64,000 nucleotides of DNA from an uncultured virus (IMG/VR IMGVR_UViG_3300032116_021735) (taxonomy: Duplodnaviria > Heunggongvirae > Uroviricota > Caudoviricetes). Position numbers and translations under genes: made by a program. The notes beneath the pieces are model-generated. The model was not told the origin of the DNA, ran no database searches, and was given only the letters and a program-made list of their open reading frames with translations. The stretch lies in the IMG/VR virus record IMGVR_UViG_3300032116_021735; one strand, written 5' to 3'. Positions 53,412-62,458 of the stretch are shown here, piece after piece (within the stretch, counting starts at the first letter, position 1; each line of letters begins with the position of its first letter).

Positions 53412-54307
53412 GTTAGAGCTATCTCCTCTAGTGCATTCAAGTATTTTTTAGAAACTTGTGTTATGTCTATATTAGACTCTATATTATTTTTATAAGTTTC
53501 TAAAAAATTAAGATCTGGCGGGGAATAAAGGTCAATTGGTTTAAAGTCCCAGTCTATATCTTTTATTATGGTAGATCCAAAACCAGATATTTCTTTTGTA
53601 CCACCAGAAGATGAAACTACTATTTCACAACCGGATGCTCGAGCATCAACGACTACATTTGGACAATGATCTAAAAAAGCGAGGTGAATAAAAACTTTTG
53701 CTCTTTTATATAGAGAAATACAGCTCTCCCAAGAAATCTGCCCTGTGTAAAATACTCTAGCATCTTTTACGAGATGGTCAGGATTTTCTCCGATTATTAC
53801 TAGACAAGCATCTTTAGGAGATTTTTCAAAAAAATATCTGATGTTTTCTCTTAGTCTCTTGTGAGGTCTCCAGGAAGAAGAGCATGCCCAAATCTCTGAA
53901 AATTGATCAAGAATACTAGAGTTATTAGTAGGTATTTTTTCTATCTCTTCTAATGAAGTTCCATTTCCTATTATGACAGAATTTTTCGATGTTGAGAAAT
54001 ATCTTTCAGTTAGTTCTTTGTTAAATTTTGACTGATAGATAACAATGTCTGCAGAATCAAATGACTTTTTAATCAATGAATTATTAGACTGCCAATCTTG
54101 TCTGGTATTGAAGTATATACCATCCAATCTTAGCGCCAAGGGCGCTACTTTGGCTGTTGCACTTATAAAAGAAAGTTGAACGTCTGCAGGTTCTTTTTCT
54201 ACAAATTTATGAAGATTCGATCTTTCAATTTCACTCTTTAGTCTTCTTCCAAATGAATTTGGACCCGAAAGAGAATTTAAATTGACATTGTCAAGAATTA
54301 TTTTCAA
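53408..54307 (-). CDS. GT4-like glycosyltransferase
   Basis: SGPNSF, RLDG, WRPHKR, LDHCPNVVVDARASG..SSGGTKE. Confidence 0.78.
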   Translation of the reverse strand: MKIILDNVNLNSLSGPNSFGRRLKSEIERSNLHKFVEKEPADVQLSFISATAKVAPLALRLDGIYFNTRQDWQSNNSLIKKSFDSADIVIYQSKFNKELTERYFSTSKNSVIIGNGTSLEEIEKIPTNNSSILDQFSEIWACSSSWRPHKRLRENIRYFFEKSPKDACLVIIGENPDHLVKDARVFYTGQISWESCISLYKRAKVFIHLAFLDHCPNVVVDARASGCEIVVSSSGGTKEISGFGSTIIKDIDWDFKPIDLYSPPDLNFLETYKNNIESNIDITQVSKKYLNALEEIALT

Positions 54308-55047
54308 GATATAAATCCTCTTGATCGAATAGTCTCTGCAGACATTTTTTGTCTTATGGATCTTTCGCTAAGAAACAGATTTTTATTGGAAAGATCTATA
54401 TTGTAATGGTAGCCAACAACAGGTACAAATTGTAATTTTTTACCTTCGCTTAGTGATAAATGCATCATTGGCAAAAATATAGCTTGATCACATGCTATCA
54501 TGATGTAATCACCAGTCTCATCTCTAAAATTTTTGTCAGGTACTTTCTTTAATTGTCCGCATCTAAAAGTCTTTAGATGACTTGATACCCATGGGTGCTG
54601 GTAGACTGTTTGATTATTTCTAAGATTAAGTGGACCAGAAATGTTTTGAGTCGTATAGCTCCATCTATGTGCAGTCCATGCCACGGCGACATTTTCATCT
54701 TGGTATACTTGATCTAAAATATAAAGAAGGTCATTTTCGGTTAACCAGTCTCCTCCGTCAAGTCTACAGACAATTTCTCTATCATCTATTGACTTAATTG
54801 ATTCTAAAGTATTTCTTACTTCTCCGTGCTTTTCTTTATTGTTCACCAAAAGAAATTTTCTTTTTAGGATTTCAGGCAAGCTATTGCACGTTTCTTTTAC
54901 TAACAAATCTGTTCCATCTGTGGATAGATCATTGATTAAAATAGCACGCCAGTTATCATAGCTCTGAGACAACATAGAAAATATTGTCTTTTCTATGTCT
55001 TCTTTGCAGTTATAGTAAGGTATTACAAAAACAAATTTGTTTTTCAT
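54304..55047 (-). CDS. GT2 glycosyltransferase
   Basis: VIPYYN..SQSYDNW..INDLSTDGT..RLDGGDWL..SHLKTF. Confidence 0.85.
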   Translation of the reverse strand: MKNKFVFVIPYYNCKEDIEKTIFSMLSQSYDNWRAILINDLSTDGTDLLVKETCNSLPEILKRKFLLVNNKEKHGEVRNTLESIKSIDDREIVCRLDGGDWLTENDLLYILDQVYQDENVAVAWTAHRWSYTTQNISGPLNLRNNQTVYQHPWVSSHLKTFRCGQLKKVPDKNFRDETGDYIMIACDQAIFLPMMHLSLSEGKKLQFVPVVGYHYNIDLSNKNLFLSERSIRQKMSAETIRSRGFIS

Positions 55048-56960
55048 GTCTCAGACATTACTCCTGGTTCAGGTCTATTAACTTGAATGTGAGGCGTATT
55101 CGATCCATTCCACTTCTGATGCCAAATCCAGCCACCAGTTTTTTCTGATAGTTCTTTTGCTCTGGTTTCTATCATTTCTTCTGTGACTTGAGACCAAGGA
55201 ACATCAAACATCATATTTGTTTTTTCATTGTCTTCTAGAGACCCGTTAAAGAGAGAATTCCAGTGTCTAGTCCAGTAGTCTCTGTAAAGTCTCATCTTTC
55301 TTGACATGTTGTACCAAGAATAATGGTGAACTCCAGGAATATTTTGTACAATCTGATTGAACCACTTTTCATACACATCTAGGGCTTCTTTGTTACCAGC
55401 GAGAGCAGCGATTCTTACTCTCTCTGATTCGTTTGTATGAAAAGTTAGGTGCTGAATTGGAATTCCTGTCTGCTTATGAATCATATCGCATCCATCAGTA
55501 CCAGGAAGCGCATATATACCCTTCTCGTCTTCTTTTCTAAGATAAGAAGGTATTCCGTGGGTTATGTGGGATAAGTTTCTACTTAGCCTCCACTTCCATG
55601 GTTGAATATCGATCCTAATTTTATTAGGACCTCCCCAGTACTCTATGACCGGAAGCGATATCAGTTCAACACCAGGTGGGAATTTCGAACATAAATCAAT
55701 TATCTTTTTAGCATCGTCTTCATGAACAACTTCATCTGAATCCATTTGCCAACAAAAATCAGAAGTACACAAAGCTCTTGCTTCTGCTTTTTGCATACCG
55801 TCAAATATGGCAAATCTTGGGTCTTCCCAGTTTCTTTTTATTTGCTTGATTACAATTTTCTTGTTATTGTGATTCTCGCAAAGATCTGTCAGTTTTTCCC
55901 ATGTTCCATCTGTTGAACCTCCATCCACTACGCAAACTTCATCGCAAAAATTTAGCATAGATTTGATTGACTGAACATAGGGATAACCTTGTTTCTCACA
56001 ATTGTAAGTTGTTATGTAACCACTTATCGTGGGCTTCTTGTTGATGATGTTCCTTATCGAGTTCCAAAAAACGTCTGTAGCACTGGTAAGATACTCTTCG
56101 ATCGAATTTAAATCGTCAGTATTGAACCACTCTTCGTCTTTGTGCTGGACGTTGTCGTTGATGTGTAGATTACATCCCAAAAGTTTCGCCTCTATCACCA
56201 TTCGTGGGCATGTGTCTCCTCCGGCTGGCAAGTATACAAAACCTTCAGCTGCTGCCATCTTGGCTAAAAGCTGCTCATAGGGAACGTTCCATACGACTTC
56301 GTAAGGTTTGCTATTGTCTTCGCACCACTTTTTGGCAGCTTCGAATCCTTTTACCCAGGATTGAGAACCAAGAACCAACCATCCACGCTTAGGATCATTC
56401 TTAAGAGTTTCTCTTAGGACTCTTAAAGACGCAAGAGTTTTCTTTGAAAATACAGAAGATAGAACTGTGCTATCTTTTTCATTCAAAAAAGGAAAAAGAG
56501 AAAGATAAAGATTCTTCTGTTTTTCAGACATCCACCAAAGAGACTGAGCTCCGTAGTAGAAAGAAGAGATTATATTACCGTTTATATTGTTGTGACAATT
56601 ACAATTACTTCCTTCAAGAGCCAAGTGCTTTTCTGGGGATCTATACTTGCAAAACTTGTAGTCGTATTCAAGAACTGAATACTTGATATTTGCCACGATG
56701 CTTGGAATAAGTTCTGGGTTAAGTCCCGAAAAATTTCCAAAAACCCAGTGTTTTTTTACACCATTGTTCAGAACAGAAAGATTTACATCTTTTGAGTAGA
56801 TTTTTTGAATATTAAGTGGAGAACTTTCTATCAAAGCTTCTGAGGTCATCTCGGCTCCCCCAGCATAATCAGATTCAAATAAATCAGCTACAAAAATAAT
56901 ATCTGTATCTTCTCTGATTAAATTTTTTGGATTTACAAAGATCTGTTCTTTAAAATTCAT
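55044..56960 (-). CDS. Two-domain glycosyltransferase (N-terminal GT-B-like plus C-terminal GT2-like)
   Basis: GGAE..KGFE..DTCPRMVIEAKLLG followed by ISGYITTYN..DEVCVVDGGSTDGT..WQMDSDE. Confidence 0.82.
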   Translation of the reverse strand: MNFKEQIFVNPKNLIREDTDIIFVADLFESDYAGGAEMTSEALIESSPLNIQKIYSKDVNLSVLNNGVKKHWVFGNFSGLNPELIPSIVANIKYSVLEYDYKFCKYRSPEKHLALEGSNCNCHNNINGNIISSFYYGAQSLWWMSEKQKNLYLSLFPFLNEKDSTVLSSVFSKKTLASLRVLRETLKNDPKRGWLVLGSQSWVKGFEAAKKWCEDNSKPYEVVWNVPYEQLLAKMAAAEGFVYLPAGGDTCPRMVIEAKLLGCNLHINDNVQHKDEEWFNTDDLNSIEEYLTSATDVFWNSIRNIINKKPTISGYITTYNCEKQGYPYVQSIKSMLNFCDEVCVVDGGSTDGTWEKLTDLCENHNNKKIVIKQIKRNWEDPRFAIFDGMQKAEARALCTSDFCWQMDSDEVVHEDDAKKIIDLCSKFPPGVELISLPVIEYWGGPNKIRIDIQPWKWRLSRNLSHITHGIPSYLRKEDEKGIYALPGTDGCDMIHKQTGIPIQHLTFHTNESERVRIAALAGNKEALDVYEKWFNQIVQNIPGVHHYSWYNMSRKMRLYRDYWTRHWNSLFNGSLEDNEKTNMMFDVPWSQVTEEMIETRAKELSEKTGGWIWHQKWNGSNTPHIQVNRPEPGVMSET

Positions 56961-57028
56961 AATTTCATTTCTCAAATTTCTAAATTTATTTCTATTTAAC
57001 TCTTAAGAAAGTACTGAGCTAGGGAGAA

Positions 57029-57547
57029 ATGTATATGAAGAAAAAATCACCGAATAGAAACGCATTTACATCAAACTCTCCAGAAAATCAGAGACAAACT
57101 TTGAGTGAAATACAAAAGAAGCTTGCAGACAGTACCGCTCTTAACGGGGGATTTGATACACTTTTGTTCAAGATAGATAAAATTGAACAAAGTCAAGGAA
57201 ATCTAGTATCTAAAGTAGACAAGATTCACGAAGCAATCTACGATCCTCAAGATGGTATTTTTTCAAAATTGTCTGAGTACAGACTTAATAATACCAACGA
57301 AGTGAATGATGTCAAGCAAAAAATTACAGAACTTCAAGTATGGAAAATTCATGCAGAAAAAGAAGATCTGAAAGACGACAAAGCAGTTGAACTAGCAACT
57401 AAAAAAATTACTATTCTTGAAAATAATGTCGAGTCTCTTACGAAGAGCAAAGATACAGCTTGGTCGTTTTTTAGGTGGATAATTGTTGCTGTAGGTGGCG
57501 CAGCAGTTACTTTTGCACTTGATTGGTTTCAAAAAAAATTTAGTTGA
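57029..57547 (+). CDS. Coiled-coil protein with C-terminal membrane anchor
   Basis: Heptad-rich body ending WSFFRWIIVAVGGAAVTFALDWFQKK; first gene after the strand switch. Confidence 0.7.
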   Translation: MYMKKKSPNRNAFTSNSPENQRQTLSEIQKKLADSTALNGGFDTLLFKIDKIEQSQGNLVSKVDKIHEAIYDPQDGIFSKLSEYRLNNTNEVNDVKQKITELQVWKIHAEKEDLKDDKAVELATKKITILENNVESLTKSKDTAWSFFRWIIVAVGGAAVTFALDWFQKKFS

Positions 57548-57573
57548 CCAAATTTGATTCTTGGTGTTACGAT
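57544..57573 (+). promoter_or_regulatory. Sigma70-like promoter, probably giving a leaderless transcript
   Basis: TTGACC(57544)-18nt-TACGAT(57568) with extended -10 TGn; GTG start 6 nt downstream. Confidence 0.55.
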
Positions 57574-57579
57574 TAACTT

Positions 57580-58704
57580 GTGACAAATCAAGAATCATTA
57601 GAAAAAGTAAAAAAACTAATAGAAGAAAATCTTGAAGTCAATCTTTCACTGGAGAATTCTTCTAACTCGATAAGAACTAGAAGAAGATTACAGCATTTAG
57701 CTTCCTTAAATCCAAAAGAATATGAAGTAAAAATTCAATTAGAAAGTGTTCTTTCTTATGCATTTCAAGCTGAAATGAATTGTCCCAGTTCGGGAGTTCT
57801 ATTTCTAGAACTTTTCTGTGGTAAGAAAAATAGAGTGGGCTTTCATTCAACAAAGTCTAAAAAAGAAGTCATTAGATTAATTGAAAGTTTTGGGTATGCT
57901 TCTTTAGTAGAAAATTTGCTAAAAGACTCTTTGAATCTTGCCTCATCTAGCTCTAGAATCTTTTTAAAGAAATCTACTTCAACTTCTTCTTATCTAGAGC
58001 TAGTAAAAGGTTACCACTTTTTATTAAATTCTCTTCTTAAGATTCAAACACAAGAGATTCCAAGATTGAAAGTGGCATGTATCGATGGATACATAGAAAA
58101 TGTATCTGAAATACATCATCTTTTAAGTTTCCTGTCAGAGACTAAAATTCCTTGTCTTCTTCTAGTCAGAGGATTGTCAAATGACGTTCTCAATACACTA
58201 AAAGTCAACAATGATAGAAAGACAATACAGGTATATCCCTACAAGACTGCTTTTGATCTTGATGAAGTTAACACTATTGTGGACGTAGCGACAGTTTCCG
58301 GAGCAGATGTAATCTCTACTACAAAAGGAAATTTAATATCATCGCTAAATCCGGAGTTATTAGGAGAACTAAATACTTGTATTTTAACGGAAAAGTCTTT
58401 TAGCGGAAATTCTAATTTTTCATCTTCAGTCAAAAGACACGTAGATGAGTTGATAAGAAAATCTAAAGAAAGACCAGAATTATCTGATATCCTCTCTAAT
58501 AGGATAAAATCATTATCTTCTGAGTGTATCAACATCTGCATACCAGATGATATGGATTTTTTTTATAGATCTAGTCAGATAGATGAAGGGATCAGAATCA
58601 TTTCTTCAATCATGAATAACACATTCAATCCTGAAGAAAATGCAAAGAAATTTTATGATTCTTTTCAGAAAAACTTTGAATCTTCTGTAAGATTTTTACT
58701 TTAG
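57580..58704 (+). CDS. Divergent, shortened GroEL/Cpn60-like protein
   Basis: VACIDGYIENVSEIHHLL..KIPCLLLVRGLSNDVLNTLKVNN..IVDVATVSGADVIS..LLG aligns by eye to the GroEL apical domain; no GDGTT ATP motif. Confidence 0.65.
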   Translation: MTNQESLEKVKKLIEENLEVNLSLENSSNSIRTRRRLQHLASLNPKEYEVKIQLESVLSYAFQAEMNCPSSGVLFLELFCGKKNRVGFHSTKSKKEVIRLIESFGYASLVENLLKDSLNLASSSSRIFLKKSTSTSSYLELVKGYHFLLNSLLKIQTQEIPRLKVACIDGYIENVSEIHHLLSFLSETKIPCLLLVRGLSNDVLNTLKVNNDRKTIQVYPYKTAFDLDEVNTIVDVATVSGADVISTTKGNLISSLNPELLGELNTCILTEKSFSGNSNFSSSVKRHVDELIRKSKERPELSDILSNRIKSLSSECINICIPDDMDFFYRSSQIDEGIRIISSIMNNTFNPEENAKKFYDSFQKNFESSVRFLL

Positions 58705-58728
58705 CTCTCTCTTGTGTATATAAATTTT

Positions 58729-58947
58729 ATGAACATCGTTGATAAGATTTCAAGAGACTCTAGAATACTGATAGACAGTGCAAAAGACACTTTTGTGTCA
58801 AATTTTCTCACTATGATGAGAAACAAAGACTTAGAATTAAGCAATGATCAAGTTGAAAAACTGATTAGCTTAGTTACTTTGTCTCTGGATGAGTCCTTTC
58901 AAAAGACTCTTCCTTTCTATCAGACAATGATAAAGAAGTATTTGTAA
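58729..58947 (+). CDS. Hypothetical protein (72 aa)
   Basis: ATG at 58729, stop overlaps the next start (TAATG). Confidence 0.6.
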   Translation: MNIVDKISRDSRILIDSAKDTFVSNFLTMMRNKDLELSNDQVEKLISLVTLSLDESFQKTLPFYQTMIKKYL

Positions 58948-59420
58948 TGAAAGGCTACAGACACCTTGTTAAATGCAGGTGTGTTTTACCTCAATACAAA
59001 GGCTTATCAAGCCCACCTGCCCATCACTTCATTGTATTTTCTGTAGTTAATGATGACGATACGGTGAGAATAAAATATTCTCAGTGCAATAACTGCGGTA
59101 TTGTTCATAAAGTCATAGATGTATGTACTTCAGATATAATTCCCGGAAAAGAAGCAATGTCTTCTATTGTTAAAATAGAAGACATTAAACTTTCACTTCC
59201 ACATAATCTTTCAGACATACTTGAGAGAAATAATGTTGATTTAGCAACATGGGAGCAAGCTCAGTTCATATTGGAGAATAAACAGTGGGGAAATTTCGTT
59301 ATCCTTGCTCAAGAAGAAGAAGCAGGCACGAAACAAGGAAAATATGTTAGGATTATGAGCGAGACCTTCTTCAAGGTGGAATCATTCTCTCGAGAAGATG
59401 TCGCTGTACCATCGGAGTAA
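58947..59420 (+). CDS. Hypothetical protein with putative Zn-binding cysteines
   Basis: CRC..HHF..QCNNCG..H..C. Confidence 0.65.
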   Translation: MKGYRHLVKCRCVLPQYKGLSSPPAHHFIVFSVVNDDDTVRIKYSQCNNCGIVHKVIDVCTSDIIPGKEAMSSIVKIEDIKLSLPHNLSDILERNNVDLATWEQAQFILENKQWGNFVILAQEEEAGTKQGKYVRIMSETFFKVESFSREDVAVPSE

Positions 59421-59422
59421 AA

Positions 59423-59671
59423 ATGTCAGAGATATACGGTCAGTTAGAATCTGAGAAGTTAGCTGCCGATAACAAGGTGGCACACGAGATTGTCCGAGAA
59501 ATCAACCATTTCGGAATCAATGATCGACAGCGCTGGTTGATCATCTATTACCTCGGCCTCGAACTGGAGAACGTGGACGAGTTGAAGGAGCTCACGGGAT
59601 TCGTGAAGGAGTTCAAAGGCAAGGACCTCTTCATCTCCAAGATCTATGGTGCCACAGAAGGAGACGAGTGA
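59423..59671 (+). CDS. Hypothetical protein (82 aa)
   Basis: Coupled to clpP by a TGATG overlap. Confidence 0.65.
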   Translation: MSEIYGQLESEKLAADNKVAHEIVREINHFGINDRQRWLIIYYLGLELENVDELKELTGFVKEFKGKDLFISKIYGATEGDE

Positions 59672-60264
59672 TGGGAAGATTAGTCAGCAACTCCGCGAGA
59701 GTTTCGAAAACAAATAGTGATGAATCATCTACCACAATGGGAATCGCGATGGGAGACTCTCAGCGACTCGTTGTCCTCCACGGCGAGGTGAACGAGGCAT
59801 CCATCTCACTGGTGGTCGCCCAGTTACTCCACCTCGCCTCTCAGAACCACAAGCCCATCCACCTCGTGATCTCCACGTACGGCGGATCGGTGGACGAGAT
59901 GTTCACCTTGTACGATACGATCAAATTTCTCCCATGTCCAGTCCACACCATCGCCCTCGGAAAGGTCATGAGTGCAGGTGTTCTACTCCTCGCCACAGGA
60001 GCCAAAGGCAAGAGGATGATCGGCCGGAACGCTCGAGTGATGATCCATCCAATCTCCGGCGGTGTCGGAGGAAATGTGTTCGAAGTGATCAACGAGTCTA
60101 AGGAGCACAAGCGCATGCAGGACCAGATGGTGGATGCGATTGTCCGCGAGACCAAGGGTTCCAAGGCGGAGATTGAGAAGATCATGAAGTCCGGACACGA
60201 CTTCTACCTCCTTCCAGAACAAGCCGTCAAGCTCGGAATCGTAGACAAGATCATTGGTGACTGA
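59671..60264 (+). CDS. clpP: ATP-dependent Clp protease proteolytic subunit
   Basis: ISTYGGSV, LYDTIK, GKVMSAG (Ser), RVMIHP (His), HDFYL (Asp), AVKLGIVDKII. Confidence 0.92.
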   Translation: MGRLVSNSARVSKTNSDESSTTMGIAMGDSQRLVVLHGEVNEASISLVVAQLLHLASQNHKPIHLVISTYGGSVDEMFTLYDTIKFLPCPVHTIALGKVMSAGVLLLATGAKGKRMIGRNARVMIHPISGGVGGNVFEVINESKEHKRMQDQMVDAIVRETKGSKAEIEKIMKSGHDFYLLPEQAVKLGIVDKIIGD

Positions 60265-60268
60265 TACC

Positions 60269-60297
60269 GGTGCAAAGTGTACCCCACGCGGTATAAT
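60269..60297 (+). promoter_or_regulatory. Sigma70-like promoter for the helicase gene
   Basis: Perfect TATAAT at 60292-60297 with GTGCAA 16 nt upstream; ATG 11 nt downstream with no clear SD. Confidence 0.55.
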
Positions 60298-60308
60298 GTC
60301 AGGCCAAC

Positions 60309-61958
60309 ATGCCTAAACATGACTACGTGAGGTATTTTCCATTTGACAGGATCCGTCCTGAACAACGAAATGCGATTGAATTCGCCCTGGATGCATACGA
60401 ATCCGGCAAGAAGGCCGTTCTGCTAGAAATGGGAACGGGTACAGGTAAATCCGCCACAGGTATCTGTATCTCCCGTTATATGGAGGCCCATGCTCCTGTT
60501 GTGAAGGATGAGGAGGGAATGCCTCTAGCAGGCTCCTACATTATAACAACACAGAAGATTCTCCAGGAGCAATACATGAACGATTTCGGGCCACAATCCG
60601 GAAAGAACCTTATTCGTACGATTAAATCATCCTCAAACTATCGGTGCAAGCACTACTCAGATAACTCCTGCTCTGAGTCAAAGAGATTGCTACAGAAACT
60701 TGGCAAACAGGTGGCAGGTACAGATTTCGCCAAAACCTGCAAGAATGAATGCACGTACTCCCTGGAAAAACAAGATTTTATTGAATCACCAATCTCCATC
60801 ACGAATTTCTCCTATTTTCTGGCGGAGACCACGTACGCAGGAAAGTTAACTCCTCGAGCCCTCCTCGTGGTGGATGAGTGCCACAACACGGAAACGGAGC
60901 TGGGCAAGTTCATTGAGGTGAGTTTCTCTGAGAAGTTCGCTCGAGATGTTCTCAAGTGTAAGATACCGAAGCTGGACACCCAGGAGGCCGTTCTCGAGTG
61001 GGTGAAGGGCCCGTACCGCAAGGCGGTGAACAAGTACGTTCGAGAGTTGGAGAAGAACCTCGTGAGGCTCTCAGATTCGGAAGGCCAAGGTGAGTTCTCG
61101 AAGCAGTACGAGATGCTCGAGAAGCATACCGGTAAGATCGATCAGTTCATCGAGGTATACAATCCAACCAATTGGGTGATGAACGTGGCCTACCCACAGG
61201 AGGGCAATCGCAGGGGAGCCCGTAAGTTCGAGTTCAAACCCGTCGATCTGGGACCATACTCGCAGAAGGTGTTCCTTCGATCAGGTGCTCGAACCCTGAT
61301 GATGAGTGCCACTGTTGTGGACCACGAAGTTTTCTGCAAATCTATCGGCCTAGATCCTGCCGATGTTGCCTACCTCCGCATCGGATCTCCCTTCCCCGTG
61401 GAGAACAGGCCTGCCCACTACATACCTGTGGGTTCGATGGGCAAGGACTCAATCGACAAGACCCTTCCAATCATGGCGGAGGCGGTCAAGATGATTCTCG
61501 ACAAGCATCCTGATGTGAAGGGAATCATCCATACGAGCAATTATAAAGTTGCAAAATACCTTATGGAGAATGTGAAGACCAACCGGTTCCTCACCCATGA
61601 GTCCGCCAACCGCGATGAGGTTCTTAAGTTCCACGTGACTTCCTCAGAGCCTACAGTACTCCTATCTCCTTCGATGATGGAAGGTGTTGACCTCGCTGAT
61701 GATGCCTCGCGGTTTCAGATACTGTGCAAGGTACCCTTCCCGTACCTCGGTGACCTCGTGATCAAGAAGCGAATGGAGAAGGACAAAATGTGGTACCCTT
61801 ACACCACCGCGAAGTCTGTCATCCAGGCATTCGGTCGATCTATTCGAAACGAGAAAGACCACGCAGTTTCCTACATTCTGGACTCAGACTGGGACAGGTT
61901 CTACTCCCGGAACATCCACATGTTCCCCCAGGAATTTAGGTCATCCTTCATCAAGTAG
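60309..61958 (+). CDS. DinG/XPD-family SF2 helicase with Fe-S cysteines
   Basis: Q motif RPEQ, Walker A GTGTGKS, Cys cluster, VVDECHN, MSAT, SPFP, EGVDL, KVPFP, QAFGRSIR..D. Confidence 0.92.
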   Translation: MPKHDYVRYFPFDRIRPEQRNAIEFALDAYESGKKAVLLEMGTGTGKSATGICISRYMEAHAPVVKDEEGMPLAGSYIITTQKILQEQYMNDFGPQSGKNLIRTIKSSSNYRCKHYSDNSCSESKRLLQKLGKQVAGTDFAKTCKNECTYSLEKQDFIESPISITNFSYFLAETTYAGKLTPRALLVVDECHNTETELGKFIEVSFSEKFARDVLKCKIPKLDTQEAVLEWVKGPYRKAVNKYVRELEKNLVRLSDSEGQGEFSKQYEMLEKHTGKIDQFIEVYNPTNWVMNVAYPQEGNRRGARKFEFKPVDLGPYSQKVFLRSGARTLMMSATVVDHEVFCKSIGLDPADVAYLRIGSPFPVENRPAHYIPVGSMGKDSIDKTLPIMAEAVKMILDKHPDVKGIIHTSNYKVAKYLMENVKTNRFLTHESANRDEVLKFHVTSSEPTVLLSPSMMEGVDLADDASRFQILCKVPFPYLGDLVIKKRMEKDKMWYPYTTAKSVIQAFGRSIRNEKDHAVSYILDSDWDRFYSRNIHMFPQEFRSSFIK

Positions 61959-62001
61959 TTTACTTTTTTGAAGTTGGTCCATATATTCCTGAATCAGGAG
62001 G
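61959..62001 (+). promoter_or_regulatory. Sigma70-like promoter and SD for the Hc1-like gene
   Basis: TTTACT(61959)-17nt-TATATT(61982); AGGAGG at 61996-62001. Confidence 0.6.
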
Positions 62002-62013
62002 TCACATTAACAA

Positions 62014-62217
62014 ATGAGTGATAACCCAATCGTATCGAAGTGGAATGAGTTGAAGGCCCTAGTTGAAGCTCTCGAGGCCGATGTTGCCAAGAATGCAAAG
62101 GGCGTTGCTGCTGCCGGCGTGCGGGCTCGCAAGGGTCTTCGCCAGTTACAGTCAAAGTCAAAAGAGATTGTTAAGCTCATGATTGAGACTGACAAAGCTG
62201 GAAAACAAGAGAAGTAG
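62014..62217 (+). CDS. Histone H1-like (Hc1-type) small basic DNA-binding protein
   Basis: KGVAAAGVRARKGLRQL matches the KGNKAAGxRARK motif of Hc1-family proteins. Confidence 0.75.
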   Translation: MSDNPIVSKWNELKALVEALEADVAKNAKGVAAAGVRARKGLRQLQSKSKEIVKLMIETDKAGKQEK

Positions 62218-62218
62218 C

Positions 62219-62458
62219 ATGAGACAAATTGATTTGATCAAAAGAATTTTAGCAAATAAAGCTCAGGAAGTTATTGCTGAAAATAATTCAGAGATCAATG
62301 AGTCTAATGAAGTGCCTCCCGTAGAAGATAAAAATAATGTTTCTCTTGAGCAAGAGAAACATTCTCAAACTGAAAGTAATTCTACAGTTAAGGAAACTTC
62401 AAAAAAGAAAAATACTTTCCCTTCAAAAAAGAAAAAAACGCCTGAATCAGGCGTTTAG
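62219..62458 (+). CDS. Hypothetical low-complexity protein with basic tail (79 aa)
   Basis: ATG at 62219 right after the Hc1-like stop; E/N/S-rich then KKKNTFPSKKKK. Confidence 0.5.
   Translation: MRQIDLIKRILANKAQEVIAENNSEINESNEVPPVEDKNNVSLEQEKHSQTESNSTVKETSKKKNTFPSKKKKTPESGV
62432..62456. terminator. Probable bidirectional intrinsic terminator at a convergent gene junction
   Basis: Perfect inverted repeat AAACGCCTGA-A-TCAGGCGTTT (62436-62456), with an A7 run at 62432-62438 (U-tract for the minus strand) and TTT on the right. Confidence 0.7.

Noticed and set aside
34176..56960. Bacterial O-antigen or capsule locus (host chromosome)
   Set aside because: No wzx/wzy/wzm/wzt or initiating phosphoglycosyl transferase; continuous in strand, overlaps and composition with phage baseplate genes.
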